A stretch of DNA of 64,000 bases from a virus. The stretch covers positions 41,737 to 105,736 of the IMG/VR virus record IMGVR_UViG_3300037851_000431, one strand, 5' to 3'. Positions 39,259 to 47,980 of the stretch are shown here, piece after piece (position 1 is the stretch's first letter; every line of letters begins with the position of its first letter). Position numbers and translations under genes: made by a program. The notes under the pieces are model-generated. The model saw only the letters and a list, made by a program, of their open reading frames with translations, had not been told where the DNA came from and did not search any database.

Positions 39259-39796
39259 ACTAACGGGAAGCCGTATCGCATTTTACGGGAAAATGTGTTC
39301 TGGTAAAACTTATAATGCACGATACCTAGTTAATGGGGGGAGTTTTGTTAAGATAGCACTAGCAGATAAATTGAAAGCCATTGCATATGACCTTTATGGA
39401 TTAGAGGGGAAGGACGGGCATTCTAGGGCGCTCCTACAGGGTTTGGGAGATGACCTACGCAAATGGGATGAGGATGTATTTATTAAAACCGTTCTTCGAA
39501 AAGTTCAAGCCATTGAAAATCAGAGATATCCACCGCGAATTGTAGTTGATGATGTACGATTTGTTAATGAGGCTAGTGCATTCTTAAATGCAGGATTTAC
39601 GTTGGTTCATGTAATTTGCGAGGAGCATGAAAGGCTTCGAAGAATACAGGAGTTGTATCCTAACACAAACATGGAATCATTGAATCATACTTCGGAACAA
39701 CAGGTAGATAAAATCACAGAGATGTTTGGATGGAGTTACTGGATAACTAGTAATGAGCCATCTGATGTTGTTCAACTTGAGAAATTATTTATATGA
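39209..39796 (+). CDS. Deoxynucleoside monophosphate kinase
   Basis: GKMCSGKT Walker A, ADKLK, RALLQ.LG, VDDVRFVNE, HTSE. Confidence 0.88.
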   Translation: MRGRPEVPHDIVHLKPRLTGSRIAFYGKMCSGKTYNARYLVNGGSFVKIALADKLKAIAYDLYGLEGKDGHSRALLQGLGDDLRKWDEDVFIKTVLRKVQAIENQRYPPRIVVDDVRFVNEASAFLNAGFTLVHVICEEHERLRRIQELYPNTNMESLNHTSEQQVDKITEMFGWSYWITSNEPSDVVQLEKLFI

Positions 39797-40332
39797 GACT
39801 AGTATTAATATGTAGGGAACAAATCATAAAGACATACGCATCAAGGTACCTAGAAAGTCGGCATAAGTTTAAAACGATGCGTATGTCTGACGGTATTACC
39901 CGGTTACACAAGATTTTTTATTGGCAGGATGCCAAATATAAAAGAGTAAGTTGGCAGGAGAGGGTTCGTTGGTACGATGCCCTCTATAAGTTGGATAATA
40001 ACTTCTTTGTTAACTGGATAGAATATAAAATTTCCAAGTCTGTTAAAGAAGACATTGTTATCTCTGATGTAAGGTACATGAATGAGTTAGTTAAACTCAA
40101 AGATGACCTTGGGTTTAAAGTTGTACGCATTGCTGTACCAAGAGCAGGAAGGATGATCAAACCGATGGTTGCTCTTGGTAAGGAACATAGTGCTGGTACT
40201 ATACTATTGCGCGAATTATTTGGTAACTTTGATGATATCGGAGTAGATTACTCGATCTATTCTGAAAGTTATCAGGATATGAAAAAAGGTTTTGATGAAT
40301 TGGTTGACAAGGGACGTAACAATCTTCTATAA
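39793..40332 (+). CDS. dNMP-kinase paralogue lacking the P-loop
   Basis: ISDVRYMNE is retained; the Walker A position reads CREQIIKT. Confidence 0.65.
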   Translation: MRLVLICREQIIKTYASRYLESRHKFKTMRMSDGITRLHKIFYWQDAKYKRVSWQERVRWYDALYKLDNNFFVNWIEYKISKSVKEDIVISDVRYMNELVKLKDDLGFKVVRIAVPRAGRMIKPMVALGKEHSAGTILLRELFGNFDDIGVDYSIYSESYQDMKKGFDELVDKGRNNLL

Positions 40333-40333
40333 T
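40304..40333 (+). promoter_or_regulatory. Sigma70-type promoter
   Basis: TTGACA-N18-TATAAT, followed by the hairpin GTGGTGA/TCACCAC and an AGGAGG SD. Confidence 0.75.
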
Positions 40334-40374
40334 TATCGTGGTGAGATAATTCACCACAATATAGGAGGTTGTGT

Positions 40375-40848
40375 ATGGCTAGAAAGAAAAGTGCGCACCT
40401 AACGCGCGTCTTAATTGAAGGTATATCAAGTTATTCACCATACCGTGGAGCAAGACTAGCGTATGTTAGGGAGTATGATCCAGCACCACAGATAAACGTA
40501 GACTTAACAACTAAGATTGATATCGAGTGGGCTATGGCTGAATTACATCGAAGAGGAGAGTTATCAGAACAAGAGTTAATGATGCTCCACTATGTAATGA
40601 TGGATGGACGCCTATCACGTAGAGATATATCACATATGATTGAGAAGGAGCAAGGATACTATGTAAATCAAAGAACCATTTCAAGAAGATTGGAATCTGC
40701 TTATTGGAAGATAAGTAAATTTTTAGGTTTTGAGTACAGTGATTCCAGACTTTTTAAGATGGTGGCTAAGAAAATGGGTAAACCTTATCCGTATATTTTA
40801 AATGATGATGAGATAGAAAAATGTCAGACGATATGGGAGAGAATATGA
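40375..40848 (+). CDS. Sigma region 4-like HTH transcription regulator
   Basis: LSEQE...LSRRDIS...QRTISRRLESA..KI pattern. Confidence 0.6.
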   Translation: MARKKSAHLTRVLIEGISSYSPYRGARLAYVREYDPAPQINVDLTTKIDIEWAMAELHRRGELSEQELMMLHYVMMDGRLSRRDISHMIEKEQGYYVNQRTISRRLESAYWKISKFLGFEYSDSRLFKMVAKKMGKPYPYILNDDEIEKCQTIWERI

Positions 40849-41132
40849 TGTTCTCCTCTGCTGTACTTACTGAGATGACCCTGCTTCTAGCACAAGAGTT
40901 TTGGAAGCAGGAGAGTGAACATGATGCTGTATGGGCAGAGAATTTCAAAGAGGGAGCGACCCTATTTATTAAGGAGTTATTCCCATTAATTATACTTAAG
41001 TGTGATGATAAGACAGATGTTAAGGCACAAGCGATGGTAGAGGGGGTAGCTTATATGGCTACACAAACAGCGTGGTTAATAAAACTACGTATAAAGGACT
41101 GGAAGGAAGATGGCCCTGAGAGGAAGACCTAG
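40845..41132 (+). CDS. Hypothetical protein
   Basis: ATGA overlap with the upstream gene. Confidence 0.5.
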   Translation: MMFSSAVLTEMTLLLAQEFWKQESEHDAVWAENFKEGATLFIKELFPLIILKCDDKTDVKAQAMVEGVAYMATQTAWLIKLRIKDWKEDGPERKT

Positions 41133-41286
41133 AAAAATCCAGCCTATTGTGGTAGAACCAAATACAATACAATGGGACATAGCTAAAATACTATCGGAGT
41201 ATTGTGGAGTACCGGGATGTAGTCCTAGAAATCATTTTGAAGCAGCGTCCCGTATAATAGAAGTTATAAATAAAAGGAGTAAGTGA
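41110..41286 (+). CDS. 58-aa AT-hook peptide (not in ORF track)
   Basis: MALRGRPRK...; overlaps both neighbouring genes. Confidence 0.55.
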   Translation: MALRGRPRKIQPIVVEPNTIQWDIAKILSEYCGVPGCSPRNHFEAASRIIEVINKRSK

Positions 41287-41519
41287 AAAGAAGGATGGCC
41301 AGATGTGTAGTCTGTGAAAAGCCAACTAGCGGATCATTAGAGTTTTGCCAACGTCATTATACACAACACAAAGATGACATTAAAAGTAAAAAGCCTTGGG
41401 TACGAGCATTAAAGAATGATGCTCAGAGAGAAAGGCGGCGCAAGGAGAAAGAGTATCTTACAACTAGTTTAGATATGATCCTTGACGCACAAATGACAGG
41501 ACGGAGATTGAATGGGTAA
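41283..41519 (+). CDS. Small Zn-finger protein
   Basis: CVVC...CQRH motif. Confidence 0.55.
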   Translation: MKRRMARCVVCEKPTSGSLEFCQRHYTQHKDDIKSKKPWVRALKNDAQRERRRKEKEYLTTSLDMILDAQMTGRRLNG

Positions 41520-42294
41520 GAAGTGGACGAGCGTAGAATTAGATGCTTTGAAATTAGTATCTGAACAGGGTTTGAAAGGTACCGATGCCTACCATAAATG
41601 GGGTGAGATAACAGGGTACTCCAAAACCTATAATGCGTGGGAAGTTAAACAGCGGAGAGTAGCAACAGATAATATCTTAAATGATATCGAACCAATGATA
41701 GACTACTGGACCCTTCCAGAAGATAATGCCCCCTCATTTAACAGTCAGGAATACAATCTTAGGATTGGATTTTTTGACCTTGAAACCACTGATTTGAAGG
41801 GAAATTTTGGCCGAATATTGTGTGGATCAATGGCTAATCAGGCTGGTGTAGTCACAACCCTACGGGGGGATGATCCCAAGTACCGGGGCAGCAAGGTACG
41901 GGATGACAGCCGCCTTGTTGCCGCTCTCAGGGACATGGTAGAGTCCTACGATTGGATAACCACATGGAATGGCAAAGCATTTGATATGAAATTTCTTGAT
42001 ACAAGACTTGCTTTAGCCGGTGAAAGACCTGTTCGAAAAGACCTACTTCACACCGATCTTTATTACACATGTAAACAGGCTTTTAGACTTCATAGTTATC
42101 GACTGGATGCTGCTGCAAAAACATTTAATTTGCCAGTGCAAAAGACTGTGCTTGATTTTGATGTACTACAAGATGCTGCTATGGGTGATGAGGCAGCGAT
42201 GAATAATATAGTAGAGCATTGTGAAGCAGATGTATTAGTATTAAGAGGAATATTCGGAGTTCTAAGACCGTATATTAAAATCGTTCATCGCTAA
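41512..42294 (+). CDS. RNase H-like 3'-5' exonuclease (DnaQ/YprB-like)
   Basis: FFDLETT, TWNGKAFD, YRLD and HCEADV motifs. Confidence 0.88.
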   Translation: MGKKWTSVELDALKLVSEQGLKGTDAYHKWGEITGYSKTYNAWEVKQRRVATDNILNDIEPMIDYWTLPEDNAPSFNSQEYNLRIGFFDLETTDLKGNFGRILCGSMANQAGVVTTLRGDDPKYRGSKVRDDSRLVAALRDMVESYDWITTWNGKAFDMKFLDTRLALAGERPVRKDLLHTDLYYTCKQAFRLHSYRLDAAAKTFNLPVQKTVLDFDVLQDAAMGDEAAMNNIVEHCEADVLVLRGIFGVLRPYIKIVHR

Positions 42295-42306
42295 GGGTGT
42301 GATTTT

Positions 42307-42663
42307 ATGGAGATGGGTTTAATTTTAGCTTTGGCGCTGTCAAATTTTCTGTTGGTTGGTATATACTTCTTTCAACGACACACTATTAATAAAACCCAAT
42401 CGTTTTTGAATAATTTTATAGAAAATTCAGAAGTAATTGTGGAAGCAGTTGAAAAGTGTATAGCTATTGTTAACAAAAATGCAGAATTGCTGCTGAAGAC
42501 AGCAGAGAAAACAGATGGTTTAGAAGAAGAAATTACAAGATTGAAAGTAGTATATGATCTTACAAAAGATTATCTAAATGCATTAGAAACACTTAATGAG
42601 GCTCGTAGGATTGAGATACCTCTTTCTAAGAGGGTATACCAATTATCTCACACCGAAGATTAA
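42307..42663 (+). CDS. Membrane-anchored coiled-coil protein
   Basis: N-terminal TM helix followed by heptad repeats. Confidence 0.6.
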   Translation: MEMGLILALALSNFLLVGIYFFQRHTINKTQSFLNNFIENSEVIVEAVEKCIAIVNKNAELLLKTAEKTDGLEEEITRLKVVYDLTKDYLNALETLNEARRIEIPLSKRVYQLSHTED

Positions 42664-42666
42664 GGC

Positions 42667-42708
42667 AAAAAAATATCCCCGGTCCCATTCAGGACCGGGG
42701 ATATTTTT
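42667..42708. terminator. Bidirectional terminator between convergent blocks
   Basis: AAAAATATCCCCGGTCC/GGACCGGGGATATTTTT. Confidence 0.88.
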
Positions 42709-42982
42709 AGTTTTGTATCGATGTTTCGTGGCGATGTTCCAAGAAGGTTTGATAAAATTTGAGTATGCCTGTAAAGATATACTCAAAACAATCCTCATGA
42801 AATGATAGTAAGAATCCTTCGGTTCTAATCTGCATTTTCACATATTTAGAACCGTCAGTTACATCAATATCTTCCCCACAAGCATCGCAAATTCCCGAAC
42901 GATGGGTGGGATTAATATCTACATGCTTTAGAATAAACCCGTGTCCAAGACGAGTGGGTTCATTAAGCATTAGCAATCTCAA
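42707..42982 (-). CDS. Zn-finger hypothetical protein
   Basis: CDAC...FHEDC motif. Confidence 0.55.
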   Translation of the reverse strand: MRLLMLNEPTRLGHGFILKHVDINPTHRSGICDACGEDIDVTDGSKYVKMQIRTEGFLLSFHEDCFEYIFTGILKFYQTFLEHRHETSIQN

Positions 42983-43559
42983 TCAATTCAGTACGACTAT
43001 TTTCCTTATGCTTTTCTTTTAGGTATGCAACATCTCTTTGGGCTGCTTCTAGATCATATCGAAGAGATGTTAGTTCTGAAATAGCAGACTGAAGATTTTC
43101 GGCCAACCAAATAGCCTCTTCTCCAATAGGGTCTTCATCAAAGAGTACTTGGTTAGGATCAAGATCATTCTTGCGCAGTAATTCGCGTGCTTCTTCGATA
43201 GCAGATTTACGCCGAATATACTCTGAAAGATTAACAAGTCTACTCATAAAAGTTACTTGTTTTTTAATTTCTTTCGATGCAGCCTTCTCCGCAGACTTCG
43301 CAAGAATATCCGATGAAGATGCTAACTTATTAAGCCTAATGCCAACGATACGTGAACGGGTAGTACCATCCGACTCTTTAAGCAGTTCTATCTCTCCTGT
43401 TCTTGCCATGCCATAAAGGGCTTGATAAACAACAGCATTAGCTTGTCCGATTTTCTCTGCAATATCTTCAACAGCGTAGGGAATATCCCTATCCCCATAC
43501 TCTTCAAGAGTAAGTCGAATCTGATCCCTTAAAGAAATACTGCGATCAAGCGGTTCCAT
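42963..43559 (-). CDS. Winged-HTH plus coiled-coil protein
   Basis: EDIAEKIG...VVYQALYGMARTGEI; similar to the 47981-48607 protein. Confidence 0.6.
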   Translation of the reverse strand: MEPLDRSISLRDQIRLTLEEYGDRDIPYAVEDIAEKIGQANAVVYQALYGMARTGEIELLKESDGTTRSRIVGIRLNKLASSSDILAKSAEKAASKEIKKQVTFMSRLVNLSEYIRRKSAIEEARELLRKNDLDPNQVLFDEDPIGEEAIWLAENLQSAISELTSLRYDLEAAQRDVAYLKEKHKENSRTELIEIANA

Positions 43560-44553
43560 CTATCTCTTTAACCTTCACACGACCACTTCTGGTTCGGTCA
43601 ATTAGACCCCTCTGCATTAGATATGGCTCAATTTCCTGTTCAATAGTCTTGTCATCAACTCCTAACATCGCAGAAAGATACTGAAGGCCAACCGGACGAT
43701 CTTCAGGAAGTGCCCGCATATACTTATAATCAATATCAGAAAATCCGCTGTTGTCGATGCCAAGACTTTCAAAGGTCTGAGCAATAACTTCCTTCGACAT
43801 GATTGACTCCTTTCTAACAGCCATCATGTCAAAGATCATCGCCAAGTAATTAAGAGCCAACCTAGGAGTTAGGCGAGAACGTAAAGCAATGTCCTTCAAA
43901 ATAACCTTGGTAACAATCACCCCCTTACGCTTGCAAGCATTGTCCAGAATGGTGACGATATTAGCGAGGGTGTAAGGCTCTAGGTGAATGTACCTAAAGC
44001 GGGAGCGGAAAGGGGCAGTCAACTCGCCGGGGTCTGTGGTACAACCGATAATCGAGATTGCCCCACTATCCATGCGGATATGTAGCGAGTCAGAAACTTC
44101 GGGATCGAGGTTATGAATTTCGTCAATAATGATGGGAGCATTGGTAGATGGAAGCCCCTTGTTAGCGGACATACCATCAACAATGATCGGGGTTGTTCCA
44201 CTCAACTCAACCAAAAGTTTAGCGAGGGTAGTTTTACCCTGACCAAAACCCCCTGTTAGCATGATATGAGGGAGCGGTCTGTTCTCAATCTTGGCTGCTT
44301 GGACAATGACCATCCCGATCTTTTTGGCTTTATCCTGACCAATATAATCAGCCAAAGAGGCGGGCGAAAAGATACCACCCGACGATGTATGCCTTATATT
44401 ATGCTCTTTCTTAAGGCTTTGTCTAACCTCATCTCCAAACGCTGTTAATTCATCAACCTTTTTCTGGAAGGCTTTGCCGGATAGACCGATCACCTCCCCC
44501 ATTCGGGTAGCAAGTGCGCGGGAAACTCTCATCTCAATCTCTGTGTCAGTCAT
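43546..44553 (-). CDS. ruvB: RuvB-like AAA+ branch migration helicase
   Basis: YIGQ, GFGQGKTTLA, IDEIH, PFRSRF, TPRLA, PVGL, IEPYL...RTRSGR. Confidence 0.9.
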   Translation of the reverse strand: MTDTEIEMRVSRALATRMGEVIGLSGKAFQKKVDELTAFGDEVRQSLKKEHNIRHTSSGGIFSPASLADYIGQDKAKKIGMVIVQAAKIENRPLPHIMLTGGFGQGKTTLAKLLVELSGTTPIIVDGMSANKGLPSTNAPIIIDEIHNLDPEVSDSLHIRMDSGAISIIGCTTDPGELTAPFRSRFRYIHLEPYTLANIVTILDNACKRKGVIVTKVILKDIALRSRLTPRLALNYLAMIFDMMAVRKESIMSKEVIAQTFESLGIDNSGFSDIDYKYMRALPEDRPVGLQYLSAMLGVDDKTIEQEIEPYLMQRGLIDRTRSGRVKVKEIDGTA

Positions 44554-44562
44554 CCTGCAACC

Positions 44563-44591
44563 ATGTTAGCACAGTTTCTAGGTCTTGTCAA
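44563..44591 (-). promoter_or_regulatory. Sigma70-type promoter for ruvB (near-leaderless mRNA)
   Basis: TTGACA-N17-TAACAT with TG extension; the ATG begins 10 nt downstream. Confidence 0.65.
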
Positions 44592-44829
44592 TATCAAAAG
44601 ATTTGGTGATCTTTTGTATGGTATCACCTCTATCTATCTGAATGCATACATCCCTAGTGATGATATTATCTCCTGATAAGTATACCATAATACCACCATC
44701 ATTTTTTTTACACATTCCGGTAATAATACCTAAATGAAATCCTGAAAAGTTACCGGGTTGACTAACTTTTACAAAATCACCTTGTTTAAAGGGTGCAGGA
44801 AAGGGTTGTTCTTTCTTATGCCTCGGCAT
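44578..44829 (-). CDS. SH3/KOW-like hypothetical protein
   Basis: FKQGDFVKV motif. Confidence 0.45.
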   Translation of the reverse strand: MPRHKKEQPFPAPFKQGDFVKVSQPGNFSGFHLGIITGMCKKNDGGIMVYLSGDNIITRDVCIQIDRGDTIQKITKSFDIDKT

Positions 44830-45034
44830 CCTTTACCCCCGCAACTGTGACAGTTAGAGTATCCTCATCGAAGGTGATATTAAGGCTACCACCAACAACA
44901 GAACCGATACCAGACTCCCAAGTAGATTGGGCAAGTACTAGGATGCCATTGTAATGTTTAAGAACACAGTAAGCTACGATTACTTGAAGCAAAGCAACGT
45001 ATTCTTCATCCGGTAGATGTTCGTACTGTTTCAT
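44816..45034 (-). CDS. Hypothetical protein
   Basis: Operon packing. Confidence 0.45.
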   Translation of the reverse strand: MKQYEHLPDEEYVALLQVIVAYCVLKHYNGILVLAQSTWESGIGSVVGGSLNITFDEDTLTVTVAGVKDAEA

Positions 45035-45039
45035 ATAGA

Positions 45040-45810
45040 TTACCCCTTGTTAAGTTGCTTGGGACCAATACTGCCACCCGTAGTGACACCTGTTTTAAAC
45101 TGGATGTTTTTTCCTACCTCTTTACCAACATTAAATCCAGAACGACTAAACGAGGTATTAGCAACTTGATGTGTGCGTGTAATTTTGAGGCCATCATAAT
45201 AATTTGCTAGATCATTATCGTTAACAACGATAAGCGCATTCATATTGGGATCGGCTTTGAAGGTTTTAAACTGTTCCCTTAGTTTATCTCCGATACCAAT
45301 AACTGCTCCCATATAAAAAGAATTTTTCCATGTTTTTCCATGTACGGTTTGCAATTCATAAGAGAGCAAGTTAACTTCAGGATAGGAATCCTGTAGTTTT
45401 CTAAGCTGCTGAATTTGCTGCCATTTGGTATCGCAAATGTGCTGCAAATCGTAGCATAGAGTCTTATGCAGATACTCTGCAACTTCGATGTTAGAGGTTT
45501 TTCCTACCCAAACAATAGCATTGCCGCGATAGAAAATCTTGCACAGGTTGAACATCGCAATGGTATTGGCTAGATCAGCCTTCCACTGGATGAGGTTTCT
45601 ATTGGCTGTTTTTTCACCCGTTTTTTGGGTGATAGGTTCCTTCTTAGAATCGTCGTAGTTTTCAGCCTGACTCTCTTCAAGGTTAAATTTGAACAGTAAT
45701 TCCTGTGCTTTTTGCGCTGCAACCTCTGCTTCGTGAAGGTTGGACTTATCCCTTGAAAGAGCGAGTAGTTTCTTAATTTTTTTCAGGATCACACTTTCTT
45801 CGTTGGTCAC
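45040..45810 (-). CDS. DUF2786-domain protein
   Basis: ILKKIKKLLALS...HEAEVAAQKAQELLFKFNL; SFYMGAV. Confidence 0.8.
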   Translation of the reverse strand: MTNEESVILKKIKKLLALSRDKSNLHEAEVAAQKAQELLFKFNLEESQAENYDDSKKEPITQKTGEKTANRNLIQWKADLANTIAMFNLCKIFYRGNAIVWVGKTSNIEVAEYLHKTLCYDLQHICDTKWQQIQQLRKLQDSYPEVNLLSYELQTVHGKTWKNSFYMGAVIGIGDKLREQFKTFKADPNMNALIVVNDNDLANYYDGLKITRTHQVANTSFSRSGFNVGKEVGKNIQFKTGVTTGGSIGPKQLNKG

Positions 45811-45827
45811 AAAATACCTCTCTTTTC

Positions 45828-45864
45828 AAATTTTTTCAGGAGAATTTTTCAGGACTTTTTAGAA
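45828..45864 (+). repeat. 37-bp dispersed repeat, copy 2
   Basis: 33/37 identical to 37951-37987. Confidence 0.75.
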
Positions 45865-46088
45865 TATCTAATGCCTTCAGATTGAATAAATTGCTCAATA
45901 TCGGAAATATTGTATCTTCTATCGCCTCTAGTAGATACACGAATATACGGTAAATTATCGTAAGGAATACGCTTCAATGTATTTACATGTATATTAAGAA
46001 GAGTTGCAACTTGAGTTGCAGTTAGCCATAATATTTCTTTACTCTCTAATTGTGAGGCAACCTGAAATGCGGTAGTTTTCTCTCTCAT
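45849..46088 (-). CDS. Excisionase/MerR-like HTH DNA-binding protein
   Basis: LTATQVATLLNIHVNTLKR...RGDRRYNISDIEQFI. Confidence 0.8.
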   Translation of the reverse strand: MREKTTAFQVASQLESKEILWLTATQVATLLNIHVNTLKRIPYDNLPYIRVSTRGDRRYNISDIEQFIQSEGIRYSKKS

Positions 46089-46393
46089 TTTTCTCTACGC
46101 AGAGGAAATTCGACAACTTCCTCACAAGAATAAATTTTTGGATAACTGTAACCCTCTTGTTCCCTAATTTCTTGAATGCGCAGTACCATAAATTTTGCCG
46201 GGGAATACGACTGCTCTCCTCGCGCAGACCAATACATTCCACCATGAAATTTAAGAACAATAATTGATCCTACCTGTAACTGTGTTTGATATCTAGGAAT
46301 AGAATACCACCATTCGACTTTACCAGTCTCAATACCGGGTGTTCTTACTAGATTATCTTTATCAGGTGGTGTGATGTTCCATTGAAAGCTCAT
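46085..46393 (-). CDS. Hypothetical protein
   Basis: Operon packing. Confidence 0.45.
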   Translation of the reverse strand: MSFQWNITPPDKDNLVRTPGIETGKVEWWYSIPRYQTQLQVGSIIVLKFHGGMYWSARGEQSYSPAKFMVLRIQEIREQEGYSYPKIYSCEEVVEFPLRREK

Positions 46394-46530
46394 TTTGGTT
46401 CCTCATGCTCCAAATTATATATAGAAGATCACCAAGAGGAATTTCCTCAAAGCCATCTTTCATCAATTCTATGATATGAAGACGCAACTCGGGTATATTA
46501 ACTTTGATTGTATTTAAATATTTATATTCC

Positions 46531-46824
46531 TCAGAGTTTGGATTCACGATCATCCATCCACATTACATACCCTTTATAGATATCGTCATCTAAATCATCG
46601 AATTGATACATCCGTAAGATTTTACCATTTGATGCTGCTACAGCATAAAGGCTTCCAACGCTTCGATTAGGACCATAAGCAAAAACTGTTTTACCAGCAA
46701 GCAAATCCAAAACCATTTGATTAGTAGGAGGTTTCTTGTTGCGGTAGTTTCTTACTGGTACGCATTCTCTCCAAGATTTGGGTACAATCTTGTACTTAAT
46801 TCCTGCAACACCATTTTTGTACAT
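46531..46824 (-). CDS. Hypothetical protein
   Basis: Operon packing. Confidence 0.45.
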   Translation of the reverse strand: MYKNGVAGIKYKIVPKSWRECVPVRNYRNKKPPTNQMVLDLLAGKTVFAYGPNRSVGSLYAVAASNGKILRMYQFDDLDDDIYKGYVMWMDDRESKL

Positions 46825-46827
46825 ACT

Positions 46828-47418
46828 CTACCAACAGGATGTTGCTTCGATGGCTGCTGTAGCCTCTTCTAGATTTTCATTTCCACTTTGAATATAAGTT
46901 AGAAATTTGTTAAAATCGCTTTCTGAGCCATAAGGAAAGGCGTTTAGCCACCTAATTTGGTATTTTGTAGCTTCTGCGATATCTTTGGCTGCATTATGCG
47001 AGAGTATCCATGTTTCTCTGTAGCAGCTAGTAGGTTTGTGGGCGTCCAACCAGCGTGTATATGTAAGTGACTTATTACGCAATTGCTGCGCATAGTAGGC
47101 TGCCCCGGAAATATCGTAAATTTCAAGGGTGCTTGTAATATTTTCGAATAGAGGTTGTACATCAGAGCTATATTCAATTGTTCTACTAAGAAAATCCATA
47201 AATTTTCCCTGTCCAACATTAGGCGTTGGTTCAGGTGTAGGTACCGGCGTAATTTTTGGTGTAGGTGTAGGAGTTGGTGTGGGAGATGGGGTTGGAGTTA
47301 AAGTTGGTGTGGAGGTTGGTTCGGGAGTAACATAAATAATTTGTGGGGTAGGTGATGTACTTCCACAGGCTGCCAATAGTAGTGTTACTACTACGACACT
47401 AGAGGCAACTTTTCTCAT
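46828..47418 (-). CDS. Lipoprotein with Pro/Thr linker
   Basis: Lipobox LAAC, (PT)n linker and a helical-bundle domain. Confidence 0.8.
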   Translation of the reverse strand: MRKVASSVVVVTLLLAACGSTSPTPQIIYVTPEPTSTPTLTPTPSPTPTPTPTPKITPVPTPEPTPNVGQGKFMDFLSRTIEYSSDVQPLFENITSTLEIYDISGAAYYAQQLRNKSLTYTRWLDAHKPTSCYRETWILSHNAAKDIAEATKYQIRWLNAFPYGSESDFNKFLTYIQSGNENLEEATAAIEATSCW

Positions 47419-47645
47419 GATACATCAAAATATTTAAGAGCGGTTCTAATTAAAGCATCATAGTCGCCAGTCGTTGCTTCGGCAAAGAAGGCATCTCTTG
47501 CCTCTTTGGGAACCCCTGCACGACTCATGGCGCTCGTACAGCGGCCTAGGATGGCGAAAGCGTTACCATCCTCACCAATTAGTTTTACTTTGATCTTGTC
47601 GCCATTCTTGTCTTTAATAATCTCTTCCAGATCACTCATTTCCAC
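47415..47645 (-). CDS. Conserved phage hypothetical protein
   Basis: VKLIGEDGNAFAILG...ATTGDYDALI motif. Confidence 0.65.
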   Translation of the reverse strand: MEMSDLEEIIKDKNGDKIKVKLIGEDGNAFAILGRCTSAMSRAGVPKEARDAFFAEATTGDYDALIRTALKYFDVS

Positions 47646-47755
47646 AATCCTGATGCAAGCATGAAGCCTATAAAAGCACCAACAAATAGTCCTGCCATAA
47701 TAACCCCTATAAGAATAAGGGCTATAAATATGAGTATTAGCGTAATCTCAGCCAT
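47636..47755 (-). CDS. 39-aa membrane peptide (not in ORF track)
   Basis: MAEITLILIFIALILIGVIMAGLFVGAFIGFMLASGLWK; overlaps neighbouring genes. Confidence 0.5.
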   Translation of the reverse strand: MAEITLILIFIALILIGVIMAGLFVGAFIGFMLASGLWK

Positions 47756-47979
47756 TATTCACAGCGATGCTTATTAATATGACGGGCGCAAAAAGGTTTA
47801 ATGCAATTGGGACAAGTTTCTTTTACAGAATAGTTACATCTAAATACATAAGAACGATCTTTTACAAGAGATGAGCATTTTAGTGATACATGAATTTTAT
47901 TAATTTTAGATTTTCCACAAAAAGGACATAGCCCCATACCACCTTTTGGGTAAGCATGGGGCTTTGTCTCTGTAAGCAT
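47755..47979 (-). CDS. Zn-finger protein
   Basis: CPFC and CPNC...FCARH...HRC motifs. Confidence 0.55.
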   Translation of the reverse strand: MLTETKPHAYPKGGMGLCPFCGKSKINKIHVSLKCSSLVKDRSYVFRCNYSVKETCPNCIKPFCARHINKHRCE

Positions 47980-47980
47980 T

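Noticed and set aside
45849-46088. Integration/excision module
   Set aside because: The excisionase-like HTH has no integrase or att evidence in the window.
47220-47330. DNA tandem repeat GGTGTA
   Set aside because: Explained by the Pro/Thr linker codons of the lipoprotein.
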